From an uncultured Flavobacteriaceae bacterium (lineage in GTDB: Bacteria > Bacteroidota > Bacteroidia > Flavobacteriales > Flavobacteriaceae), in NCBI GenBank assembly GCA_937937185.1, contig CALDCO010000103.1, positions 1-45,272 of the forward strand: a DNA stretch of 45,272 bases, given 5' to 3'. Positions 19,026 to 27,087 of the stretch are shown one piece after another. Numbering within the stretch: the stretch's first letter is position 1; each line of letters begins with the position of its first letter. The translations under genes and the position numbers were made by a program. Below the pieces are notes generated by a model. The model did no database searches. It saw only the letters and a list, made by a program, of their open reading frames with translations, and was not told where the DNA came from.

Positions 19026-20444
19026 CTAACCAGAAGTTTTTAGACCTAAGGCTTTCCCTTTTTCGAGCATTAATTTAAAAGCCGCATCATGTTCATTAGG
19101 GATTTCACCTTCAAGGATGGCTTCTTTAATAGTTTCCTTGATAATACCTATTTCTTTAGATGGTTTTAAATTAAAAGTTTTCATAATTTCTTCACCAGAA
19201 ACTGGAGGTTGAAAGTTTCGAATTTGGTCTCTTGCTTCTACTTCAATAATTTTCTGACGAACAATTTTGAAATTATTGTGATATTTATTAAATTTTTTAG
19301 GGTTTTTAGTGGTAATATCTGCCTCACACAATGTCATTAAATGCTCTACGTAATGACCCGCATCAAAAACCAAACGCCTAACGGCAGAATCGGTTACCAT
19401 ATCTTGCGCTAAAACAATAGGGCGAGAGCTCATAAATACCATTTTTTGAACAAATTTCATTTTATCATTAAGCGGCATTTTAAGGCGTTTAAAGATATGA
19501 TATACCATTTTAGAACCCTCAAACTCATGACCGTGAAAAGTCCATCCTACTTTTTTGCTAAATTTTTTTGTTGGTGCTTTCCCTACATCGTGCAATAATG
19601 CTGCCCAACGCAACCAAACATCTTTAGTGTGTTTAGAGATATTATCGACCACTTCTAGGGTATGGTAAAAATTATCTTTATGTTTTTGCCCTTCAATTTC
19701 GTCAATGCCCTTTAAGGCTACTAATTCGGGTAAGATGTGTTGTAATAGTTTCGTTTTTTCTAGTAATAAAAATCCTACTGAAGGTGTTTCGCTTTCTAAA
19801 ATTTTATTTAATTCTACAACGATACGCTCTTTAGTAATTATTTTAAGACGGTCATTATTTTTTGTTATTGCTTTAAGAGATTCTGGTGCGACTTTAAAGC
19901 CCAGTTGAGAAGCAAAACGAATGGCACGCATCATTCTTAACGGATCGTCGCTATAAGTGATGTCTGGATTTAAAGGAGTACGAATTACTTTGTTTTTAAG
20001 GTCTTCAATCCCATTAAAGGGATCGAGCAAATCACCAAAGTGGGTTTCAGATAAATTTAACGCTAAGGCGTTTATACTAAAATCGCGTCGGTTTTGGTCT
20101 TCTTGTAAGGTGCCGTTTTCAACTGTAGGGTTTCTACTGTTTTTTGCGTAAGATTCTTTACGCGCTCCAACAAATTCAATTTCAATACCATCGTATTTAA
20201 GCATGGCCGTGCCATAAGTTTTAAACACTTGTACTTTGGGTTGGTTAGGTAAGTTTTTAGCGACTTGCTTTGCTAGTTTAATACCACTTCCAACGGCAAC
20301 AATATCGATATCCTTAGCAGTTCCTCTTTTTAATAAATAATCGCGCACAAAACCACCAATAACATAGCTCTCTACATTTAATTCTTTAGCAGATTGCGAT
20401 ATGGTATTGAAAACAGGATGTTTTAAGGCGTGTTTGTGATTCAT
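19026..20444 (-). CDS. cca: CCA-adding tRNA nucleotidyltransferase / poly(A) polymerase-family enzyme with HD domain
   Basis: GGFVRDYLL...DIDIV pol-beta head, RRDFSINAL motif and HD domain ALLHDVGK. ATG 20444 (MNHKHALKHP) is preferred. The GTG at 20471 lies inside a repeat. Confidence 0.75.
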   Translation of the reverse strand: MNHKHALKHPVFNTISQSAKELNVESYVIGGFVRDYLLKRGTAKDIDIVAVGSGIKLAKQVAKNLPNQPKVQVFKTYGTAMLKYDGIEIEFVGARKESYAKNSRNPTVENGTLQEDQNRRDFSINALALNLSETHFGDLLDPFNGIEDLKNKVIRTPLNPDITYSDDPLRMMRAIRFASQLGFKVAPESLKAITKNNDRLKIITKERIVVELNKILESETPSVGFLLLEKTKLLQHILPELVALKGIDEIEGQKHKDNFYHTLEVVDNISKHTKDVWLRWAALLHDVGKAPTKKFSKKVGWTFHGHEFEGSKMVYHIFKRLKMPLNDKMKFVQKMVFMSSRPIVLAQDMVTDSAVRRLVFDAGHYVEHLMTLCEADITTKNPKKFNKYHNNFKIVRQKIIEVEARDQIRNFQPPVSGEEIMKTFNLKPSKEIGIIKETIKEAILEGEIPNEHDAAFKLMLEKGKALGLKTSG

Positions 20445-20452
20445 TATTTTAT

Positions 20453-20487
20453 TACTGAGGTTTTTTGTCACGAATACATGAATATTT
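20453..20487. repeat. Repeat block: direct-repeat copy 1 (ctgaggttttttgtcacgaa) plus the left inverted repeat of the GxxExxY cassette
   Basis: ttttttgtcacgaatacatgaatattt (20461-20487, plus strand) matches ttttttgccgcaaatacacgaatattt on the minus strand of 20701-20727 at 23 of 27 positions. The first ~21 nt recur as a direct repeat at 20552-20573. Confidence 0.65.
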
Positions 20488-20546
20488 TTTTATTCTTGCT
20501 TTTAGCGTTAAGGGTTTGATTATCATTTAAAGAACAATTCATTATT

Positions 20547-20699
20547 TTACTGCTGAGGTTTTTTGCCACGAAGTTTGAATTCATATTCTAAAGCATCCTT
20601 ATAAACTATTTCCGAAAATCCACTTCCTAATGTATTATATACTTCAAATAGAACACCAACTATATTATAGCTTTCAGTCTTGTAAATAATATTTGACAT
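20547..20699 (-). pseudogene. Truncated GxxExxY-family gene (N-terminal ~45 residues only)
   Basis: MSNIIYKTESYNIVGVLFEVYNTLGSGFSEIVYKDALEYEFKLRG carries the GxxExxY signature (GFSEIVY). It then runs into the repeat-encoded tail KKPQQ* instead of the ~75 further residues expected for this family. Confidence 0.7.
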
Positions 20700-20700
20700 A

Positions 20701-20727
20701 AATATTCGTGTATTTGCGGCAAAAAAC
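20701..20727. repeat. Right inverted repeat of the GxxExxY cassette
   Basis: See 20453-20487. This repeat sits immediately 5' of the remnant's ATG (20699). Confidence 0.6.
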
Positions 20728-20742
20728 AATTGTAATATTTTT

Positions 20743-21303
20743 TTATTCTCTTATAATTTTCACAACACCATTATTACTTAATTTAATAATAGTTGAGGGA
20801 GTTACAGCTGTTTTTTCTGTTTGCAAATTTACGATATAATCCACACCTTTTAAAATGGGCTCGCTTATTTCTTTAAACGCTTTTGGAGTCGCTTTTCCTG
20901 CTAAATTTGCCGAAGTGGATACGAGTGGTTTGCCCAAATGTTTTATGAGTTTTTTACAAAATTCATCTTGAGTGACTCTTATGGCTAACGTATTGTCTTT
21001 AGCGATTAAATTTTCTGCTACACCTGCTGGCTTGTCGTAAATTATAGTGGTAGGTTTTACTGCTAAATCTAAAATAGTATATGTCATATTAGGGATCGTA
21101 TCGACATGCCGCTCTAGCATGCTGTAATTATTTACTAAACAAATTAAGGCTTTACTTTCTTCTCGCTGTTTTAGTTTATAAATTTTATTTACCGCATTAA
21201 AATTTGTCGCATCGCAACCTATTCCCCATACCGTATCGGTAGGGTAGAGAATGAGCCCACCTTTTTTTAGCGTTTCGAAGGCTTTTATAATTTCATCTTT
21301 CAT
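20743..21303 (-). CDS. tsaC: L-threonylcarbamoyladenylate synthase (YrdC/TsaC type)
   Basis: 186 aa with ILYPTDTVWGIGCD and LVSTSANLAGK motifs. Confidence 0.8.
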   Translation of the reverse strand: MKDEIIKAFETLKKGGLILYPTDTVWGIGCDATNFNAVNKIYKLKQREESKALICLVNNYSMLERHVDTIPNMTYTILDLAVKPTTIIYDKPAGVAENLIAKDNTLAIRVTQDEFCKKLIKHLGKPLVSTSANLAGKATPKAFKEISEPILKGVDYIVNLQTEKTAVTPSTIIKLSNNGVVKIIRE

Positions 21304-21459
21304 TTATAAGGACCATAGAATTATTTTTTGCTAGAAGCAAACCATTAATAGTTCATGTTTTTAATTAAAGGTTATTTCATCATACAAAATATGTAAAACT
21401 GAAATTTAACTATGTGTTTAAAGTTTTTATTTAATATGAGGAACAGTTTAATAAACCCT

Positions 21460-22107
21460 TTAGCTTTTCATAGCGACAGTAGCAAATTGAAGATGTTTCA
21501 TGTCTTCTTTTATTTTAAAAAATTCAGGAAACTTATAAACAAAAGATTTTTTAGGTTTATCACCGTTAATTCCCACATGCGAAATAATTTTATAATCTAA
21601 ATTTTCATACATTTTACGAATACTTTTTTTTGTAAAAAACCGTAAGTGCGTTTTATCTAAAACACCTTCTTCTTTATATTCAAAATTTTCATCAAAGTAC
21701 AGCTCCTTAAATATTTTATAGTATCTTAAATTTGGAATGGAACTAATGACCAATCCATTTTTACTTAAATTCATTTTTATGGTGTTTAATATGGAGTAAG
21801 GATCTACCATATGCTCTAAGACATCGTTAAAATAAATAACATCAAAATAATTTTTTGGGAGACTATCAAGGAAATGTTCACATTGCCCAGTAAACACTTT
21901 GTCTAAAACTTTTTTAGCTTCTATTGCATGATTTTCCATAAGTTCAATACCCCACACTTCAGCATTATTTCTTTCCTTAATTGCCATTCCAAAGACACCT
22001 TCAGCACAACCAACGTCTAAAATTTTCTTAGCATCATGAGGCAAAAAATGCAACATTTCATGTCTTACATTTTTATAATATCCTTCAGGTTTATTGTTGT
22101 AATCCAT
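21460..22107 (-). CDS. Class I SAM-dependent methyltransferase
   Basis: Motif I is ILDVGCAEG. Post-I and II elements are FNDVLEHM. Confidence 0.75.
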   Translation of the reverse strand: MDYNNKPEGYYKNVRHEMLHFLPHDAKKILDVGCAEGVFGMAIKERNNAEVWGIELMENHAIEAKKVLDKVFTGQCEHFLDSLPKNYFDVIYFNDVLEHMVDPYSILNTIKMNLSKNGLVISSIPNLRYYKIFKELYFDENFEYKEEGVLDKTHLRFFTKKSIRKMYENLDYKIISHVGINGDKPKKSFVYKFPEFFKIKEDMKHLQFATVAMKS

Positions 22108-22181
22108 AATTAAGCTTTAACAAACTTGTTTTAGCAAAAGTAAGGAATGTAATTAATAATTTATAGTGTTATTATTCCTGT

Positions 22182-22189
22182 TATATTTG
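22182..22189 (+). promoter_or_regulatory. Candidate -7 promoter box (TATATTTG) for the GT2-GT4 pair
   Basis: tatatttg fits TAnnTTTG and lies 16 nt upstream of the TTG start at 22206. Confidence 0.35.
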
Positions 22190-22205
22190 CTTCAAATGTT
22201 TTAAT

Positions 22206-23393
22206 TTGACTCATAAAATAGCATATCAATTTAAGCCAATTGATTTTTTCGAAAACAAAGAGATCGTTTTAAGGTGCTCGTCTAAACCTAAAATTTCAAT
22301 TATAATTCCAGTATATAATCAACTATTATATACAATGAATTGTTTGTTCTCTTTAATTGATGAATGTAACAAACATGAGGTAGAAATTGTAGTGATAAAC
22401 GACAATAGTACCGATGATACAGATTTGTTTCTTAATCGCGTTAGAGGCATTAAAATTGTAAATAATGAAAGTAATTTAGGGTTTTTAAAAAATATAAATA
22501 AAGGGTTAAGAGTTGTTAATGGTGATTTCGCATTACTGCTAAATAATGATGTTATCTTACTTCCTAATATATTAAGCGAATTATTACATGTTTTTGAAAC
22601 AAAAGACAATGTGGGAGCTGTAGGTGCTATGGCCATTCATCCAACTGGTGTTTTACTAGAAGCAGGATCTAAAGTTTTTGAAAACGGAAAGGCCACAAAC
22701 CTAGGCAGAGAAAAATCACCTTATAATCCCCATTATAATTATTTGCGATCTGTAGACTACTGTTCTGGCTATTGTTTACTAATCAAAAAAAAGTTTCCTA
22801 ACGGTGAATTAGTGCAATTAGATGAACTTTTTCTTCCTGCTTATTATGAGGAAACAGATTTGTGCATGCAATTAAAACATGACTACAATTTGTCCATTTA
22901 TTACCAACCTTTTGCCAAATTAATTCACTTCGAAAGTATTTCATACAGTGATTCAAAAAAAGATGTAAAAGATCAACTTATTAATAACAATAGATCAAAA
23001 TTTCAAAAAAAATGGAACAAAGTTTTAAAACAACCGCTAGTTGAAATAAATGGTTTTGAACCAGATTATATTAATTCCTCAAGACATAAGATACTTTATT
23101 TAGATGATGTTATAGAAAATGAATTCTTAGAAAAGTTAATCACACAAGAGAAAAAACAGAAACATATCATCTTAGTTTTAAAATCTAAAAACAAATTTGA
23201 GAAAAACGTAATAGAAAAGTTACAGCGACAGGGTGTAGAAGTTTTATACCCGTACACAACAAGTAAATTTAAGAACAGGAGTTATTTTAAAATTATTAAA
23301 AGAATATTACCTTATTGTGTCGAGTTAAATACTAAAAATGTATTCTATATTTTGTATTCAAAAGTTATCAATAAAAAAACGCAAATAAATTGA
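22206..23393 (+). CDS. Family 2 glycosyltransferase with a Lys-rich C-terminal extension
   Basis: ISIIIPVYNQ...VINDNSTD...LLLNNDV GT-A signature. The start is TTG and uncertain, with no in-frame ATG before the GT2 core. Confidence 0.75.
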   Translation: MTHKIAYQFKPIDFFENKEIVLRCSSKPKISIIIPVYNQLLYTMNCLFSLIDECNKHEVEIVVINDNSTDDTDLFLNRVRGIKIVNNESNLGFLKNINKGLRVVNGDFALLLNNDVILLPNILSELLHVFETKDNVGAVGAMAIHPTGVLLEAGSKVFENGKATNLGREKSPYNPHYNYLRSVDYCSGYCLLIKKKFPNGELVQLDELFLPAYYEETDLCMQLKHDYNLSIYYQPFAKLIHFESISYSDSKKDVKDQLINNNRSKFQKKWNKVLKQPLVEINGFEPDYINSSRHKILYLDDVIENEFLEKLITQEKKQKHIILVLKSKNKFEKNVIEKLQRQGVEVLYPYTTSKFKNRSYFKIIKRILPYCVELNTKNVFYILYSKVINKKTQIN

Positions 23394-24541
23394 AAATCCT
23401 ATTTTTCTATCCAGAAAATCCATTATTAAAAACTCAAGGGAACAATGCTAGAGCCTATGCGCTTTTAGAATATTTTAAAAGCCGTGCGATTACTATAGAT
23501 TTAGTTGGGCAACAACAGCATCGTTCAGGACTTTTTTCTCAAGAACATATAGAACAATTAAAGTCTAAGAAACTCATTAATGAGGGCTGGATTTTAAAAA
23601 GAACAAAACATAGTGGTTTAACCTATTTCTTTTATTCATTACGACAAAAACTCGCGTTACTTTTTAATGCAAAAGTAAAAGATTTTAACCGCCTAAGAAT
23701 GCGTCAAAAAGAAGCGTTTCTTTCCATTTTTAAGGCCAGTAAGTATGATTATGTGATCATTTCGTATGTGTATAATTATCCACTTATAGCGCATGTAGAT
23801 CTAGGGGATACCACTACGGTAATTGATACACATGATTTTTTAACCTCTCAATTTAAGGGGAATAAAAAATTTAAATTGGGCAAGTATTTTCAAGAAGAAA
23901 TGCGAATTTTAAACCAGTTTGATGCAGTTTGGGCCATTTCAATAGAAGAACAGTATTTGTTTTCTCAATTTGTTAGCTCTAAAGTGACTTTAATCCCTCA
24001 TAACCAAGCTAATCATTTAAACACTGGTAATTTAACTAAAACGATAGATTTGTTTTATGTGGCTAGCGAAAACGGGCACAATATTAAATCGGCACAATGG
24101 TTTTTTAAAACGGTTTACCCCTTGTTGAAAAAAAATATAAACATTGTTGTGGTTGGAAAAATTAACGCACATATTCCAGAGTTTAAAAATGTAAAAAAAG
24201 TAGACTATGAAGTCGATTTAAAGGCGTTTTATAGTGATTCAAAAATAGTAATTTGCCCCATGTTATCGGGTACAGGGTTAAAAATCAAGGTGGTTGAGGC
24301 CCTTTCTTATGGCATTCCTGTAGTTTGTAATACAAGAGGTGTAGATGGCTTACTTAATAAAGCAAATAATGGCTGCTTAGTTACTGATAATAGTGACGAA
24401 ATGGCAAATTACATTAACAAATTATTAGAGGATAAAGCGTTTTATGAGCAAACAAAAACCGAAGCACAAAATTTCTTTTTAGAGACTTTAGAAAAAGACA
24501 AAGTCTATAATACGTTAGATCGTTTTTTCAATATTAAATAA
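23390..24541 (+). CDS. Family 1/4 (GT-B) glycosyltransferase
   Basis: The C-terminal GT-B motif is GTGLKIKVVEALSYGIPVV. The TTG start overlaps the upstream stop codon by 4 nt (TTGA). Confidence 0.7.
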   Translation: MKILFFYPENPLLKTQGNNARAYALLEYFKSRAITIDLVGQQQHRSGLFSQEHIEQLKSKKLINEGWILKRTKHSGLTYFFYSLRQKLALLFNAKVKDFNRLRMRQKEAFLSIFKASKYDYVIISYVYNYPLIAHVDLGDTTTVIDTHDFLTSQFKGNKKFKLGKYFQEEMRILNQFDAVWAISIEEQYLFSQFVSSKVTLIPHNQANHLNTGNLTKTIDLFYVASENGHNIKSAQWFFKTVYPLLKKNINIVVVGKINAHIPEFKNVKKVDYEVDLKAFYSDSKIVICPMLSGTGLKIKVVEALSYGIPVVCNTRGVDGLLNKANNGCLVTDNSDEMANYINKLLEDKAFYEQTKTEAQNFFLETLEKDKVYNTLDRFFNIK

Positions 24542-24641
24542 AAACGTTTTTTAGTTGGTGTTTTTTAAGATAGGTTTTGTCTCGAAGCTTCAGGGGGCGC
24601 TCAACCAGACATTTTTATCATGCATAGTATTAAAATAGGAG

Positions 24642-25943
24642 TTATTCTTGCTTATTCAATAAAAATCCCTTTAAGTCATTATAATTTTTAATAGGAATAG
24701 CTACTTTTTCTTTATTGATTACCGCTTTAATTTGCGGTGGTAAATCCAGCTTCTTTTTAATAACTTCTTCTACAACCTCTAAAAACTTGGTAGGATGTGC
24801 TGTTTCTAAGAACACACAGTGCGCATTTGGGTTTTGTTTTAAATAGGATTTACACCCTAAATAGCCTACAGCGCCATGAGGATCGGCGATATAATTATAT
24901 TGGTTATACATTTCGGCTAAGGCTAATTTTGTTTCTTCATCTGTAAAACTATAAGACGAAAGGTTGTCTTTAAGTCTTTTAAAGTCATTTTTATAAATTT
25001 CTTGGATACGAATAAAATTACTTGGATTCCCCACATCCATAGCGTTACTAATAGTTTGTACAGAAGCTTTTGGGTTGTAATTTTCGGTTTTTAAATATCT
25101 TGTAACGACATTATTTTCATTGTTAGAAGCGATAAAATGCTTAACGGGTAAGCCTAATTGTTGAGCCATCATACCAGCGCAAATATTTCCAAAATTGCCA
25201 CTAGGAATTGAGAAAACGATTTCTTTATGTTTTTTATATAATTGTTTGTAGGCAAACATAAAGTAAAATAGCTGCGGTAACCAACGTGCTACGTTTATAG
25301 AGTTGGCCGAGGTAAGTTGTATTCTGCGGGTTAACTCTTCGTCTAAAAACGCACGTTTTACCATATCTTGGCAATCGTCAAAAACGCCATGAACTTCTAA
25401 AGCGGTAATATTTTGCCCTAAAGTGGTTAATTGTTTCTCTTGTATGGCACTTACTTTACCTTTGGGGTAGAGAATAACCACATGTACCCCTTTAACGCCT
25501 AAAAAACCACTTGCAACGGCACCTCCTGTATCTCCCGATGTGGCTACTAAAACAGTTACTTGTTTGGTGCTGTCTTTATTAAAGTAACCCAAACAACGCG
25601 CCATAAAACGCGCCCCTACGTCTTTAAAAGCCATTGTTGGCCCATGAAATAATTCTAATGTAGAAGTACGATCGTTAAGAGTCACAATCGGAAAATTGAA
25701 GGATAAGGTCTCTTCAACTATTTTTTTTAAAACCGCGTCTGGAATTTCTGATGTAATGAATTGCTTTATGGCTTGATAAGCAATTTCTACATCACTTAAA
25801 TTTTCTATATTATCAAAAAACGCTTTAGGTAATGGCGTAATATCTACAGGGAAATAGAGCCCTTTATCTGGTGCTAATCCTTTAATAACGGCATTTTTAA
25901 AACTTGTATTAGGCGCTTTTTTATTTAAAGAGTAGTAATTCAT
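24642..25943 (-). CDS. thrC: Threonine synthase
   Basis: 433 aa with the PLP-lysine motif FHGPTMAFKD. Last gene of the thrA-thrB-thrC order. Confidence 0.9.
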   Translation of the reverse strand: MNYYSLNKKAPNTSFKNAVIKGLAPDKGLYFPVDITPLPKAFFDNIENLSDVEIAYQAIKQFITSEIPDAVLKKIVEETLSFNFPIVTLNDRTSTLELFHGPTMAFKDVGARFMARCLGYFNKDSTKQVTVLVATSGDTGGAVASGFLGVKGVHVVILYPKGKVSAIQEKQLTTLGQNITALEVHGVFDDCQDMVKRAFLDEELTRRIQLTSANSINVARWLPQLFYFMFAYKQLYKKHKEIVFSIPSGNFGNICAGMMAQQLGLPVKHFIASNNENNVVTRYLKTENYNPKASVQTISNAMDVGNPSNFIRIQEIYKNDFKRLKDNLSSYSFTDEETKLALAEMYNQYNYIADPHGAVGYLGCKSYLKQNPNAHCVFLETAHPTKFLEVVEEVIKKKLDLPPQIKAVINKEKVAIPIKNYNDLKGFLLNKQE

Positions 25944-26055
25944 GTTTACTTTCCGCGAAAGCGGGAATCTTTTTAAATTAATAATTAATTTTAAACTATT
26001 GATGCTCAGTTAATCATGAAAACGGGATTGTTTTGTTTCTTGTAGTTTAAACAAC

Positions 26056-26988
26056 TTAATCAATTCTCATGGTTTTCATTCCTTCCGTATTAATAGGCGA
26101 AACATAAATATCAAATTCAATATTGGTTTTAGAATAAACCAATTGCATCGCTTTGGCAACAGCTTGGGCATTTTGTTTTCCTTTAGATAATGAGAAAATT
26201 GATGGTCCTGAACCAGAAATACCACATCCTAATGCTCCTGCTTTTATAGACTCTGTCTTAATTAAATCAAAATTTGGGATTAGTTTTTTTCGATGAGGTT
26301 CTATCACCACATCTTCTAAAGACGCTTTTATTAAATCGTAATCGTTAACGTGCATGGCGTGAACTAGACTGCCTACATTTGCCCATTGTGTTACGGCCTG
26401 TTTCAAATTAATTTTCTCAGGAAGAATGGCTCTAGATTCTATCGTTTTTATTTCAATTTTTGGGTGCACTATAGTTGTATATAAATCTGCAGGACAGGGA
26501 ATTTGAAGGACTTTTAGAGGGGTGCAAGATTTTACTAGTGTGAATCCTCCAAATAGGGCAGGAGCAATATTATCGGCATGTTCGCAACCACTGGCTAGTG
26601 CTTCTCCTTTCATTGCAAAATTGGTAAGCTCGGTGGTATTATAAGGTCGGCCTAAAAGCTCGTTTATGGCATAAACACTCCCAGCAGCACTTGCCGAGCT
26701 ACTTCCAATGCCACTCCCAGGTTTTATTTGTTTGTAGATCTCTATTTCAAAACCAAAATCGGGGTTATAATCATTTATTAACGCTAAAGCCGAAACCCCA
26801 GCAACATTTTTATTCGTGGCATAGGGTAAATCATAGCCTTCAATTTTGCTAATAGTAATTCCTTTGTTACTGGTTTTTTTTATGACCATTTCGTCTCCAA
26901 TAGTCCCTAAACAAAATCCTAGAACATCAAAACCACAGGATACATTTGCTACTGTAGCTGGAGAGAATATTTTAATTTTATCAGTCAT
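26056..26988 (-). CDS. thrB: Homoserine kinase
   Basis: GHMP-kinase motif PGSGIGSSSASAA, 310 aa, located between thrA and thrC. Confidence 0.9.
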   Translation of the reverse strand: MTDKIKIFSPATVANVSCGFDVLGFCLGTIGDEMVIKKTSNKGITISKIEGYDLPYATNKNVAGVSALALINDYNPDFGFEIEIYKQIKPGSGIGSSSASAAGSVYAINELLGRPYNTTELTNFAMKGEALASGCEHADNIAPALFGGFTLVKSCTPLKVLQIPCPADLYTTIVHPKIEIKTIESRAILPEKINLKQAVTQWANVGSLVHAMHVNDYDLIKASLEDVVIEPHRKKLIPNFDLIKTESIKAGALGCGISGSGPSIFSLSKGKQNAQAVAKAMQLVYSKTNIEFDIYVSPINTEGMKTMRID

Positions 26989-27045
26989 CCGTAATTTATT
27001 TTTAACTCTATGTTTTGATGCCTAGTTTTTAGAGTGTTAAAATTT

Positions 27046-27087
27046 CCTAATCCCTAATCCCTAATCCCTCATACCTAACTCCTAATC
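27046..27087. repeat. Heptamer microsatellite (CCTAATC)n, six units
   Basis: The units at 27046, 27053, 27060 and 27081 are perfect. The units at 27067 (cctcata) and 27074 (cctaact) are degenerate. The last unit overlaps the thrA stop codon (27082-27084). Confidence 0.9.

Noticed and set aside
18567-19028. Very tight packing of cca, GNAT and ctaA (1-2 nt gaps) as a possible functional system
   Set aside because: Compact same-strand packing of unrelated housekeeping genes is common in Flavobacteriia. Nothing in the sequence links the three functions.
20445-20471. GTG start at 20471 for the CCA-enzyme gene (MTKNLSNKI extension)
   Set aside because: These codons are simply the reverse reading of the ctgaggttttttgtcac repeat. 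The ATG at 20444 is followed directly by conserved N-terminal sequence.
21460-24541. The methyltransferase/GT2/GT4 cluster as a novel glycan or defence locus
   Set aside because: Only three generic enzymes are present, with no flippase, polymerase, export genes or nucleic-acid-targeting domains. This fits a minor glycan-modification locus. It is listed as features only.
24542-24641. Possible terminator or repeat between GT4 and thrC (aaaacgtttt palindrome; gtctcgaagcttcagggggcgctcaaccagac)
   Set aside because: The stems are very short or imperfect and lack a convincing U tract on either strand, so I could not support a terminator call.
27046-27087. Telomere-like TTAGGG(A) repeat as evidence of a linear replicon end or eukaryotic contamination
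   Set aside because: The array has only six units and is embedded between two intact bacterial genes of one operon, overlapping a stop codon. It is a simple microsatellite.
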